A DNA stretch of 61,411 bases, filler included, from Chiloscyllium plagiosum (lineage: Eukaryota), in NCBI RefSeq assembly GCF_004010195.1. It is 4 parts of one record of this genome, joined end to end, with 100 filler letters (N's around TTAATTAATTAA, not from the genome) between each part and the next. Parts side by side here need not be neighbours in the genome. Positions count along the whole stretch, not along the records: positions 20,941 to 39,669 come from NC_057710.1; 3 more parts are not named here. The stretch is one strand, 5' to 3'. This document shows positions 23,761 to 36,546 of the stretch, piece after piece. The notes under the pieces were generated by a model. The model saw only the letters and a list, made by a program, of their open reading frames with translations. It was not told the origin of the DNA and ran no database searches. The translations under genes and the position numbers were made by a program. Each line of letters opens with the position of its first letter. The stretch's first letter is position 1.

Positions 23761-24389
23761 AAGTATGAGTGCAGAAAAGCAGAGCTAGTGAAAATCAACT
23801 GGCAATTTGGGTTAAGGTTACGTCAGTAGCAATGCAGTGGCAAATATTTAAGAGGATATTCCAGAAAGCACAGATTAAATACATTCCAACAAGTAATAAC
23901 AGTCCTAAAAGACAGACTTGCTATCCATGGTTAGCTAATTATGTCAAGGATAGTATCAAACTCAATGAAAAGTCATATAATTCTACAAAGATTAAAAGAT
24001 TTGACAGAATATCAATAATAGCAAACATTACTGAAGTTCAGGTGAAACAACAATCAGACTACGAGCGAGAGTTAGCCAAAAATATAAAAACAAATTGTAA
24101 AAGTTTCTTCAGGTTTTTTAAAAAAGTGTTAACAATATGAGTATTCATCCGATTCAACAAAATGTATCTGTGGGATTAATGATGACTAAAGATATGGTGG
24201 ATGAATTGAACTTTGCGTCAGTCTTCACTCGAGAGGATATAGGTAGCATGCCGGAAATAGCTGTTAATCAGGAATTAAAAAAGAAGGAATTAAAAAAAAA
24301 ACTAGTGAGATAGTTAATGTATGGGTTTTAATTTTCCAAAACTCATTAGATACAGGGAGGATTCCTTTAGATTGGAAAATAGACTAGAG

Positions 24390-25020
24390 TAGGTCATTTG
24401 TATGTATGAAAACACAGTGAAAAGTGTACAAGTCGTCATAATCTGGCGCCATTTTAATTACATAAATTACAAAAATAAATAATTGAGGCAAAGTTAAGAT
24501 GAAGTTCACCTTTTGTTCCCTACGCAGCTCCTGGGATTTTGAAGTGGCTACGGGAGGCCCCCCCTGAGGCTACCAAAGTGAGGATTTCCGGACCGGACAC
24601 ACTGCGCTGCCACCACCGAAACCGACTACGAAGCTGTCGTGTTGCCTCCATAGCCAGGAGGAACCAACCAAGAGGCCGACACTGAAGCTGTCGCTCAAGC
24701 TATTGCTGCCTTAGCTGCCACTGAAGCTGCCTTCAGGAGGAATGGACCGGACCCACCGACTCACCGATGATGAAGTTTTCACTCAAGCCACAGCCACACT
24801 GACCATGAGGGAAGGACATCCAGATCCACCACACAGCACCCCCTCGCAACTGCCTCTCTCCACCATAGCCACAAAAAAAGGAGGCAAGGTGAATTTTGAT
24901 AGAAAAAAGAAATAAATAAACAGAGAAAAAAACCAAGTGTAATGTGAGTCTGTCAGATGATGGGAGCGTATGGACTCAGAAGCTCGAACAATTACTATCC
25001 TATTGCTGCCGGCATCTTAT
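24390..25020 (-). mobile_element. Non-autonomous element related to 7035-10566
   Basis: Minus strand starts AAGATGCCGGC, then a T-rich tract, a GC-rich core with repeated GAAGCTG motifs, and tail AAAATGGCGCC..GACTTGTACACTTTTCACTGT. Confidence 0.5.
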
Positions 25021-25167
25021 AAGGGTGTTTGAGTCATAAGGATGAGTGGGATAATCTGAGACTTTTGACTGGATCATAGGCAGTTAAGAGGGGTGACCTT
25101 ATAGAGGTTTACAAAATCATGAGGGGCATGGATAAGGTCAATAACAAAAGTCTTTTCTTTATGGTAG

Positions 25168-26705
25168 TTTAGATTAAAGTGGTGCTGGAACAGCACAGCA
25201 GGTCAGGCAGCATCTGATGAGCAGGAAAACCAACGTTTTGGGCAAAAGCCCTTCATCAGGAATAGAGGCAGGAAGCCTCCAGGGTGTAGGAGGAGCCCAG
25301 GACCTCCATGTCCTCGGTTGAGTGGGAGGGGGAGTTGAAATGTTGGGCCACAGGGCGGTGTGGTTGATTGGTGTGGGTGTCCCAGAGATGTTCCCTAAAG
25401 CGCTCTGCTAGGAGGTGTCCAGTCTCCCCAACGTAGAGGAGACCACATCGGGAGCAACGGATACAATAAATGAGATTGGTGGATGTGCAGGTAAACCTTT
25501 GATGGATGTGGAAGGCTCCTCTGTGGCCTTGGATGGAGGTGAGGGAGGAAGTGTGGGCGCAGGTTTTGCAATTCCTGCGGTGGCAGGGGAGGGTACCAGG
25601 ATGGGAGGGTGGGTTGTAGGGGGGGTGAGGACCTGACCAGATGGTCATGGAGAGAATGGTCTTTGCGGAAAGGGGAAAGGGATGGGGACAGAAATATGTT
25701 CCTGGTGATGGGGTCCGTTTGGAGGTGGCGGAAATGTCAGCGGATGATATGGTTAATGCGAAGGTAAGTAGGGTGGAAGGTGAGGACCAGGGGGGTTCTG
25801 TCCTTGTTACGGTTGGAGGGGTGGGGTTTGAGGGCAGAGGTGCGGGATGTGGATGAGATGCGTTGGAGGGCATCTTCAACCACGTGAGAAGGGAAATTGC
25901 GATCTCTAAAGAAGAAGGCCATCTGGTATATTCTGTGGTGGAACTGGTCCTGTACCAGTTACCCGGACCATACAGAACCTCATCACCTCAGGAGATCTCC
26001 CACCCACAGCTTTCAACCTCATAGTCTGGGAACCCCATACCGCCCAATTCTACCTCCTTCCCAAGATCCACAAGCCTGACCACCCTGGCCGACACATTGT
26101 CTCAGCATGCTTCTGCCCCACCGAACTCATCTCCACCTACCTTGACACTGTACTATCCCCCTAGTCCAGGAACTCCCCACATACATTCGAGAAACTACCC
26201 ACGCCCTCCATCTCCTCCAAGACTTCCGTTTCCTCTTCCACCATTGCTCCCTCACCACCTGACGCCTGGAGGAAGAACGCCTCATCTTCCACCTCGGCAC
26301 ACTTCAACCCCAGGGCATCAATGTGGACTTCACCAGTTTCCACACTTCCCCTCCCCCCATTTACCTCAGTTCCAATCTTCCAGCTCAGCACTGTCCTCAT
26401 GACCTGTCCTACCTGCCAATCTCCCTTCCCACCTATCTGCTCCACCCTTCCCTCTGACCTATCACCTCCATTCCCAACCCCATTCACCTATTGTACTCTA
26501 TGCTATCCTCTCCCCAGCCCCACCCCCCTCTCATTTATGTCTCCACCCTGGAAGCTTCCAGCCTCCATTCCTGATTAAGGGCTTTTGCCCAAAACATCGA
26601 TTTTCCTGCTCCTCGGATGTTGCCTGACCTGCTGTGCTTTCCCAGCACCAATCTGATCTAAACTCTGGTTTCCAGCATCTGCAGTCCTCAATTTTGCCGA
26701 ATTGA
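25168..26705. mobile_element. Rearranged Penelope-like retroelement: GIY-YIG fragment (-), RT fragment (+), inverted terminal repeats
   Basis: FTCTSTNLIYCIRCSRCGLLYVGETG..RFREH..PVAQHFN (-, about 25300-25600); FYLLPKIHKPDHPGRHIVS (+, about 26045-26105); decayed hammerhead cores near 25230-25262 and 26570-26600; TSD TTTTCYTTATGGTAG (25153-25167, 26708-26722). Confidence 0.9.
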
Positions 26706-28189
26706 TTTTTTCCTTATGGTAGGTGAATTCAAAACGAGAGGGCATAATTTTAAGGTGAGAGGAGAAAGATATTAAAAGGACCTGGAATAACAAATAGCTA
26801 TGTAATTCCAATATTCAAAAAAAGGAGGAAAGAAGAAAGCAAGAAACTATCAGCCAATTAGCTTAACATCTATCATCAGGAAGGTGTCGAAGCCAATATT
26901 AAAGATGTTATATCATAAGGAACTTGAATGAGTTCAGGATAATGAGGCAAGTCAACATGGTATTGTCAAAGTGAAATCATGTAATTTGTTGGAGTTATTT
27001 GAAGAAGCAAGTTGTGCTGTAACTGGGAAGCAGTGGATGTGTTGTGCTTAGATGTCCTGAAGACATTGATCAGGTTATTGTGAAAAATTAAAACTCATGG
27101 TGTTGGGAGTATTATACTGGCATGGATAGGAGGTTGGCTTGCTAAACGGAGATGGAGAATAAGAATAAATGGATCTTGTTGAGGGTGCAGAATGTCATGT
27201 ATATTGGGCTGCAGGGGTCAGTTCTGAGGCCTCTACTCTTTACAATTTATATAAGTGATAAGGAACAGGAAAATGTGAAAGGAGTGAAATTATCCATCAT
27301 GGCAGGAAGAGTCAAAAAAGAAGCATGTTTGTTGCAGAGCTCTGAAATGCAGAGAGATCTGGGTGTTATAGCTCATGAATTGCAGAAGATTTGAATACAG
27401 ATACAGCAAGTAATCAGGCAAACTTGTAGGATGTTATGTTTTATTGTGAGGAAAATTGAATACAAGAGTAGGGAGGTTATGCTTCAGTTATACATCGCAT
27501 TAGGGAGACGCACCTGGAGTACTGTGTAGGATACTGGTCACTGGATGTGCAGAAGGTGTTAATGTGTTGGAAGCAGTTCAGAGAAGGTTTACTTGACTAA
27601 TGCCAGGAATGGGCAGATTGCCCTGTCAGGAAAGGCTAGACAGACTAGACTGGTATCCTCTGGAAGTTAGAAGAGTTCGAGGTGGCTTAATGGAAACTTA
27701 GAAGATCCTGAGGGGACCTGACCATGTAGATATAAAAAAAGATGTTTCCTGTTGTAGGAGAGTCTATAACTAGGGTTCATTGTTTAACAATAAGAGAACA
27801 CCTGTTTAACACAAAAGATAAGAGATTTTATTTCTCAAGAGATGTTATAAGTATTTGGAATGCCCTTCCTCAAAAGGCAATATATACAAAATATTTAAAT
27901 GCTCTAAAGGCAAAGGTAGATAGATTCTTGATTAACAAGAAAATTAAAAATTATAAGGGTCATGCAGGACGACAGAGTTCAGATTAAAATCAGATCAGTC
28001 ATGATCTCATTGAATCATGGAGAAGGTCTGAAAGGCTGGGTGCCCTACTCTTGCTCTTTGCTTGTATATTTGAATGCCAGCATGCTACAGCTCCCTACCT
28101 CAATGTGTTCTAAATAGTAACACTGATTCTCTATAAACTGAAATTCATGGAGAAAAATTCAGAATAAATTACTACTTTAATTTGGTAAG

Positions 28190-28945
28190 AGGAACAAGAG
28201 CACAGTTAATGCAGTAAATGATAAGGCCTTGAACAGTGTTGCTGATCAGAGAGCCTAGGGGTTCAGGTACTTAGTTAATTGAAAGTTGCATCACAGGTAG
28301 ACAGAGAGGTAAAGAAGACATTTGGCACACTTGTCTTCATTGCCCAGACCATTGGGTACAGGAGTTGGTACATAATATTGAGGTTGTACAGGACGTTAAG
28401 TGAGGCCATTTTTAGAGTACTGTGTACAGTTCTGGTCACCCTGCTATAGGAAGGATATTATTAAACTGGAGGACATACAGAAAAGATTTACAAGAACATG
28501 ACGCAAACTGAGAGGTTTGAGTTATAAGGAGAGGCTGGATAAGATAAGACTTCTTTTTACTGGAACATTGGATGTTGAGGGGTGGTGACCTTAGAGAGAT
28601 TTATAAAATCATGAGGGCCATAGATAAGGGGAATTGTATAAGGTCTTTTCCTTAGGGTGGGGGAGTTTAAAACTATAGGGCAAAAGTTTAAGGTGAAAAG
28701 AGAAAGATTTAAAAGAGGCAACTTTTTCATACAGAGGGTGGTTCATATGTGGAATGAACTGCCAGAGGAAGTGGGTAGATCCAGGTACAGTTATAACATT
28801 AAAAATAAAACATTTGGACAGGTACATGAATAGGAATGGTTGTGGGCCAAATCCAGGCAAATGAGACTGGTGTAATTGGGAAACTTGGTTGCATGGACGA
28901 ATTGGTCTGAAGGACCTGTTTCAGTGCTGTCTGACTCTATGACAC
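28190..28945 (+). mobile_element. CR1 LINE 3' fragment
   Basis: Homologous to 9537-10495; tail GACTCTATGAC. Confidence 0.85.
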
Positions 28946-29679
28946 AATGATTCTATTCAATTGTTAATTTAATTTGATTCATTGAGTTAATGGCATACGG
29001 AGTACACAACATAAAACACACAAAAAAAGAATTACTGCAGCAGCTGGGAATCTGAAATAAACCCGGCTTTCAGCAGATCAGAAAACAGTTGTGGAGATAT
29101 CTGACCAGTTACAGTTTCAGGGGTGGCTGGGTTACTGCTGCTTTTATCAAATCTGACACTAGAGGGAGCTGCTCACTAACTGCTTTCCCAATAAACAGCT
29201 TACCAGCTTTAAAAGCAGCTGAGGCAGGCAGATTGACCTGGTTCTGTAGGGTTCAGTATTAACTGTCTGGAACTGACATGGCGTTGAAGAAATCTAAGAG
29301 TTCTATATTCTATAAACTTTATGTTACTACTTTTATTTTTTGATTTCAAAGTTAAATTGAATGTTTAAGTACTGCACAGTGCAGAGCAATAATAAAATCT
29401 ATTAATTGTGGCAACCATTTGTGATGAGTTCTCTTTGTTTGCTTATCTGTTCCTAAATAAGTGTCTATCCATAGTGTGAGCCATAGTCTAATGTAAAGTC
29501 TAATCCTTCATCTTGCGAAAGCTAAGAAGATCCATAGTGTTGCATAATAGATTCAGTAGCCAGGGTGACAACAGCTAAGGTTCTCTGTTTGATCTTGGAG
29601 TTCTTATAACATTTACTGAGGAGGTAGACAGGGAACACATTGTCTGCTCACAGGAGTAGGTTCCAGTGAACTCTCTGGT

Positions 29680-29940
29680 GATAGCACAGTAGGAATGGTC
29701 TGGGGATATAGGGTTCAAATCCCAACATGGTAGCTGGTGTAATTGAATTCCATTTAATAAAATCTGAAATTAAAAACTAGTCTCAGGCATGTTAAGCATG
29801 ACACTATTTATCATTGTTGTTAAAAACATATCTGTTTCACTTATGAGCTCTAGGGAAGGAAATCAACTGAATTTTCCTTGTCTGGCCTACATGTGAAATC
29901 AGATCCACAATAATTTGTTTGATTTTTGATAGGCGTCTCA
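29680..29940 (+). mobile_element. Diverged tRNA-derived SINE (same family as 9126-9485)
   Basis: GGTTCAAATCCC B box; TCTGGCCTACATGTGA body. Confidence 0.55.
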
Positions 29941-30045
29941 GCAGGATACCCATAGAATCATACGGTACAGAACAGACCCTTCAACCCTCGAGTCTGTAAC
30001 TTCAACAATACTCTAACTCTACACTAGATCCATTTTTCAGCATTC

Positions 30046-30368
30046 GGCCCACAGTGGTTAGCACTGTTGCCCCATAGTCCCAGGGACGTGGGTTCGATTC
30101 CAGCCTGGGGCGACTGTGTGGAGTTTGCAAGCTCTCCCCGTGTCTGCGTGGGTTTCGTTTGGTTGCTATGGTTTTCTCCCACAGTCCAAAGGTGTGCAGG
30201 TGAGGTGAATTGGCCAAGCTAAATTGCCCATAGGGTTTAGGGATGTGTAGGTGGGATGCGTAACTCAGGGGTAAATGTAGAGTGATAGGGTAGGAGAATG
30301 GGTCTGGATAGGTTACTCTTTGGAGGGTCAGTGTGGACTTGTTGGGCTGAAGGGCCATTTTCCACACC
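30046..30368 (+). mobile_element. HE1-type SINE
   Basis: Homologous to 16734-17052. Confidence 0.88.
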
Positions 30369-30374
30369 AGAAAA

Positions 30375-31177
30375 ATTCTGCTCCATCCAAACAATTTGAA
30401 CTAAGGAGGTTCCAATCAATATGACAACAACACTGTTACTTGTGCACTTTTCCAAAATCTGCCTCCCAAACTGCTCCTCCGTGTCTCTGTTGCTATTGGG
30501 GGGGTCTATAGAAAACTTTGAATAAAGAGGCCGCACCTATCCTGTTTCTGACTTCCACCATTACCGACTCCCTCCTTGGTGACCTCCCTTTCTGCAGCTG
30601 TGATACTATCTGATTAGCAATGGCACTTCCCCACCTCTTTTACCTCCCTCCCTATTCCTTTTGAAACATCTAAATCCCAGAACATTCAACAATCATCCCT
30701 GCCCCCATGATATGCAAGTCTCCGTAATGGCCAAAGCATCATAGTTCCAATGCTCTATGTTCATCACCCTTATTCCTGACACTTCTTGCGTTAAAATAGA
30801 CACACTTGAACCCATCATACTGAGTGCAACTTTGCCCTATCAACTGTCTATCCTTCCTCATAGACGTTCTGCATGCTGTATTTGCCAGTTCACCAGCTAT
30901 CCCATCCTCTGATCCGTAAGTCCAGTTCCCATCCTCCTGCCAAACTAGTTTAAACCCTCCCAAAGAGCTCTAGCAAGCCTCCCAACCAGGATATCGGTGC
31001 CCCTCCAGTTCAGATGCAGCCAGTCCTCCTTGCACAAGTTCCACCTTCCCCAGAAGGTATCCCAATGATCCACATATCTGAAGCCCTCCCTCCTGCACCA
31101 GCTCTGCAGCCAAGTGTTCAGCTGCACTCGCTCTCTGTTCCTAGCCTCACTAGCCCATGGCACCGGTAGCAATCCTC
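30375..31177 (-). mobile_element. CR1 fragment: ORF1 esterase-like end and ORF2 endonuclease start
   Basis: LNTWLQSWCRREGFRYVDHW..DWLHLN; CVYFNARSVRNK. Confidence 0.85.
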
Positions 31178-31399
31178 ATGCCGGAGAGGTTTATTTACAT
31201 ACATTAACATCCTCAATATTACATCATCTCACCTGACTGATATGCAATTTCCTATTCTCACTCTCATTGGATAGAAATTTGGCAGCAAAAATTCCAGCCA
31301 TCAGAGCACTAACATGGAGAATCCAGCTCCTATTTGATCCACTGAATCTCCATCATGGAGATGGAAAGGACAATGATATATTTCCAAGTCAGGATGGCA

Positions 31400-32109
31400 T
31401 AGCAGCCTCCTGAAAACACAGATCAGTTGCTAACTTGGCCAAACAGCAAGGGATGCTGGATACATTGGCCTAGTAAAACTCTGAATTCACAAAAACACTA
31501 GACACAGTGTAAACACAGCATCCAGCAGAATGTAAAAGGCAACAGTTATTCTGGACAGGCATATCCCCAACATATTTATTCACTAAACAAAGGAGGACCC
31601 AGACAGAAAGACACCGGGTCCTGCTACACAAAGAAACTAACAGTAGCATGCCATCTAAATGATTGATTCTCTTTCAATTTATTGAGTGTATTTTCCTGAT
31701 TGGCCAGAACTTCAGAAAGTTCCAGAAAATCATCTAAAAGATATAAAGACATGGGTTCACGTAGACCTGGATCTTGGAACTACTCTTGGAACAATCTGAG
31801 GCCTTCCGAGGTGATCAGCATGGCAAGCAGCAGAGACCAGCTGACCACCCCGAGACAGAGGGAATGAAAGCAGCTCCACAGATCCAGAGAGAGAGAGAGA
31901 GAAAGAGAGCGACTGGTTAATCGACATGAGACTCAGGAAGTACTGTAACCTTAAGGAGCCAAATAATGTTAAAGGTTAGTTTAGTACTAAAGATTATTGT
32001 AACTTTATTCCTAATAAAGTTGGGATTGTTTTGTATTGGTCCAGCTTGTGGTCAAATTGATTTGACTGCTTCAGTATTGTGGGATACCTGGGCAAATTCA
32101 TTCATAACA
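31400..32109 (+). mobile_element. Possible solo LTR
   Basis: TATA-like ATATAAAG near 31741, (GA)n, AATAAA near 32013, end ..TAACA; 5' edge and TSD not resolved. Confidence 0.3.
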
Positions 32110-32159
32110 TCCTGGTCGGAGTTGTCTTAATTGTTTTAAGGAGACATGAGACAGCAATG

Positions 32160-32750
32160 GTGAGAGGCTTAGAGAGGATCTTACAGATTGTGGCATTCCC
32201 GTGTATGTGCTGCCCTTGTCCTTCCAGATGGTTGAAGATTTCTAAGGCACTATCCAAGGAATCTCGGTGAATCTCTGCAGTGTATTTTTCAGATGGTACA
32301 CGCTGCTGCCGCTGAACATTGATGGAGGACTTGAATGTTTGTGGACATGGTGCCAACCAAATGGGCTGCTTTGTCATGGATGGTGTCAAATTTCTCAAGG
32401 GCTGTTGGAGCTGAACTCATCCAAGCAATTGGGGAGTACTCCATCACAATCCTGACATGTGCTTTATAGATAGCAACCAGACTTTGGGAGTAAGGAGATG
32501 AGTTACTCAGTGCAGGATTCCTGGCCTCTGACCTACTCTTGTAGCTACTGCATTTATGTGGTTAGTCCAGTTGAGTTTCTGGTCTATAGCAACCTGAGAA
32601 TGTTGATAGTGGGGGACTCAGCGATGATAATGGCATTGAATGTCAAGGAACGATAATTAGATTCTCTCATGTTGGACATAATTATTGCTTGGCACTTGTG
32701 TGGTACAAATGTTACTTGCCACTTATCAGCCCAGACTGGGATATTGTCTA
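32160..32750 (-). mobile_element. CR1/L2-group LINE 3' fragment (family of 58690-59715)
   Basis: WADKWQVTFVPHKCQ..AESPTINIL motif. Confidence 0.7.
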
Positions 32751-34190
32751 GCCTACAAACAATCACAAAGGAGGTAGTGTTGGGTAAGCTAATGGGGGCT
32801 AAAGGTAGACAAGTCTCCTGGCCCTGATGGAATGCATCCCAGGGTACTAAAAGAACTGGACTGGGAAATAACAAATGCACTTCTGGAAAACAGCAAATGT
32901 GACGCCAATTGTTTAAAAAAAAGGAGGTAGATATAAGATGGGTAACTATCCATTAGCTTAACTTCTGTCATGGGGAAAATGTTTGAATCTATCAACAAGG
33001 AAGAAAAGTGAAACATCTGGATAGAAATTGTCTCATCAGGCAGACGTAGCATGGGTTCATGAAAGTCAGGTCATGTTTAACTAATTTATTGGAATTCTTT
33101 GAGGATATTATGAGCACAGTGAACAATGGGAACTGGTGGATGTGGTGTACCTGGATTTCTAGAAGACATTCAACAAGATGCCGCACAAAAGGCTGCTGTA
33201 CTAGATAAAGGCACATGGCATTATGGGTAATGTATTAGCATGAATAGAAGATTGATTGACGAACAGGAAACAAAGAGTGGGGATAAATGGGTGTTTTTCT
33301 GGTTGGCGATCAGTGGCTAGTAGTGTGCCCCAGGGGTCAGAATTGTTTACAATTTACATAGATGATTTAGAGTCGGGGACCAAGTGTACCGTGTCAAAGT
33401 TTGCAGATGACACTAAGATGAGTGATAAAGCAAAGTGTGCAGAGGACACAAAGTCTGCAGAGGGATATAGATAGGCTAAGTGAGTGAAGAAGGATCAGCA
33501 GATGGAGTACAATGTTGGTAAATGTGAGGTCATCCATTTTGGTAAGAATAACAGCAAAATGGACTATTATTTAAATGGCGAAAATTTGCAGCTGCAAGGT
33601 TGTCCTTGTGAAAAAAAAAATTGGTTTGTCGGTGCAGCAGGTAATTAAGAAGGCAAATGGAATATTGTCCTTCAATGCTTGAGGGATTGAGTTTAAAACC
33701 AGGGAGGTTATGCAACAGCTTTGTGAGGTGCTCGTGAGGCCACACCTGGAGTACTGTATACAGGTTTGATCTCCTTACTTGAGAAAGGATGTACTGGCAC
33801 TGGAGGGGGGTGCTGAGGAGGTTCACTTGGTTGATTCCAGAAATGAGAAAGTTGCCTTTTGAGGAGAGATTGAAATTTAGAAGAATGAGGATGGGATCTT
33901 ATGGAAACATATAAAATTATGAAGGGAATTGATATAAGAAGCAGCAAAAGTGATTCATTAGTGGGTGAGACTAGAACTAGGGGGCTTAGCCTCCAAATAA
34001 GGGGAGAGCAGATTTAGGACTGAGTTGAGGAGGAACGTCTTTGAAGGTTTGTGTATCTGTGGAATTCCCTGCCCAGTAAAGCAATTGAGGCTACCTCATT
34101 GAACGTTTTTAAGGCAAAGATAGATAGTGTTTTGAACAGTAAAGGAATTAAGGGATATGATGAGTGGGCAGGTAAGTGGAGTTGAGTTTG
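32751..34190 (+). mobile_element. CR1 LINE RT fragment
   Basis: [31 protein letters not shown]. Confidence 0.9.
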
Positions 34191-35907
34191 TGAGAAACAA
34201 AGCTCATACACTTCAATAATTGCAGTCTGAGACAAAATCTGAATCAGTAGTGTCCTTTATTTTACTCTTGCAAGAGGGTGTGATGTCCAGTGTCTACAAG
34301 GCAAGGGACATACACACACCAAATTCAAGTAATACACAATATTTATATAATTTGGTTTCTTTTTTTTCATTGCTCCTCCCCTGTTTACATCTTCCACTTC
34401 CCTAAGACTGGCACCCATTACTCCTGTTTATCTCTTGCCTTATCCGGCCTTGTCTGTGACAAAATGCTTATTTCTGGCCTCACAAGGCCGTTTGACCTCA
34501 TCCCGCTGTAGGTCATTGTTAGGCATATTCTTTCTTCACCATTATCTACTCCTTCCATCTGTGCCTTCCCTACCATACTGATCCTTATGACCCTTTTAAT
34601 TGGGGTTTGTTCCTGTGTGTGTCTCTGTAAAAGTGGGAAACAGATGTTTATACCTACTGTTTGTACAGGCGTATCTAGCTTAATTTCCTCCCCTCACAGC
34701 ATCTTATCTATTCGCCTGTAATATCTACCATTGTTTTGCAGTCATGTTTCATTCTTGCATACAATTTTAGCTAATACAAAAACAATTATGTATTTCCTCC
34801 ACATAGTTTCCATTCTCGTTGACTCAGTTCTTGGCTAAAACAATTACACACTGGTGTGAGTTCATTTACTTTGTATAAGTAATTAGAATTGCAGAAGTAA
34901 CACTATTTTTCCTACATCCCACAAGTTCATGAACTAACCAGCCATGATCTTATTGAATGGAGGAGTAGGCTCAAAGGGCCAGATGGCCTACTCCTGCTCC
35001 TAGTTCTTATGTTCTTATGATACCACAATTCTCACACATTTCCTTGTCTGAAATTTCTTGTCTGGTCTCTGAACTTCAAGTACTAACTCACCTTGATAGG
35101 GGAATCTGGAACAAAGTTGCAGGATAGTGGGGGACATAACCTCAGCATTTTGAGTGAAGTCATTTAGGGGGTAAAATCAGGAAGCAGTTTTTAACACAAT
35201 GATGTAGAATAATTTCAAAATTCCCTCTCAAAAAGGCTGGGATGCAGGGATTAATTAGTCTTAGTGGATAGGATACGTATGCTGCGAAAATGAATAAATG
35301 AAAGTGAGGTTGAAATCATCTGCGATCTCATTGGCCAATGGGACAGAATCAAGGGCTGAATGCTGACTCCTGTCACTCTGGTCATGACATTCGTATAAAT
35401 TTGGGTTCCAAGAGGTCAGGAGCGAGTGAGGTGTTGGGAATAGGTGCACAGTTGTGGATCGGCAGGATTGAGAAATCCTGAAGTAAAGTGAGTGGATTGG
35501 ATTCTGTAATTTGGGGTTAATTGCATTATAAATACTTCCTCGTGGCTCTCAGACTGTGAAGTGGGTGTAATGTACACACACTACCCTTTCAAGCCCACTG
35601 TTTAAATAACCAACACAGATCTGGAACTTGGGAGAACTAGGAAACATTGAGGATAGATTCACAAAGAGGCGCAGTAACATTCAGATTTAATGAACTTTCA
35701 TGTGACTTTATGCAGGGTTCAGGCAGAAGCAGGCGAGATTTAATTTTCTCTATTAACAGGAGGAAGAAACCTATGGACTTCACCAAGAGTTGGAGGTGGC
35801 TTCAGAAGTAACATTATAAATTGTTCATAAATGGAGCTCAAGAAAGTGTTTGGACCAGAGCAGCAGCACCACCACTCCCACCCCCCCTCCCCACCCCCAC
35901 CAAAATA

Positions 35908-36546
35908 TATTATGGAGATAGTCTAGGCCCTAAACCTTATTTTTTTAAAAAAGGCAAGTGTTAGGCATTGTGCTCCTGATATGGTCCATTTGATCCACCA
36001 CTAAGCTTTAATCAAAACGCACTTTATTCTTTTCACACAAAAGGAAGATTTGACATAGCTTTATGGAAATGCTTAGCAAGATAATGTATTATTGAACCAC
36101 TAAACATCGACTGTTCCAATAAAAGCTGCACCCCACCAACACAGCCTTGGTGAAGACAACGCAGCGACGCAGTTACACAGTCACTATTCTCACTTGCTGA
36201 GACCCTTCAGATCAGAAAAAAGAAACAATCTGCTCCTTTTGATTTTAAAGAGGAAGTCTCTCTGTCTAAGACTTCACTCTAGCAGCAGAGAACTCAAGCT
36301 TTCAGCTCCAGCAACAGCAAAAGCCTTGTGAACTAACTGAAAGCAAAACTAAAATCCCTTTGGGTTTGTGTGAGCCTGACCACAGCCACTCAAGATTCAT
36401 TTGTCTTTTTAAAAAAACACCAAGGTAGAACACAGAGCTGTTTACCAACTGTCTGTCTGAGGGAGACATTTGGGCACCATTGTGACAACACCCTCTGCAA
36501 GAGAAACAGGACAGAACACATCTCTTAAAGGCACGGTATCGTTACA
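35908..36546 (-). mobile_element. Possible solo LTR
   Basis: Minus strand begins TGTAAC (36546) and has AATAAA near 36024; opposite end degenerate, no clear TSD. Confidence 0.35.

Larger units (their letters stand above)
18480..28070 (+). mobile_element. Old near-full-length CR1 LINE broken into pieces (about 18480-19309, 21872-22060, 22990-23240, 23770-24382, 26792-28070)
   Basis: Collinear ORF1-esterase-like, endonuclease and RT remnants (e.g. CYPWLANYVKDSIK, NIKTNCKSFF, QGSVLRPLLFTIYI) that resume after each insertion. Confidence 0.7.

Noticed and set aside
35760..35815. Acceptor TTTTCTCTATTAACAG followed by GAGGAAGAA as a penultimate bod1l1 exon
   Set aside because: No convincing donor in the required phase and no recognisable similarity to the expected peptide
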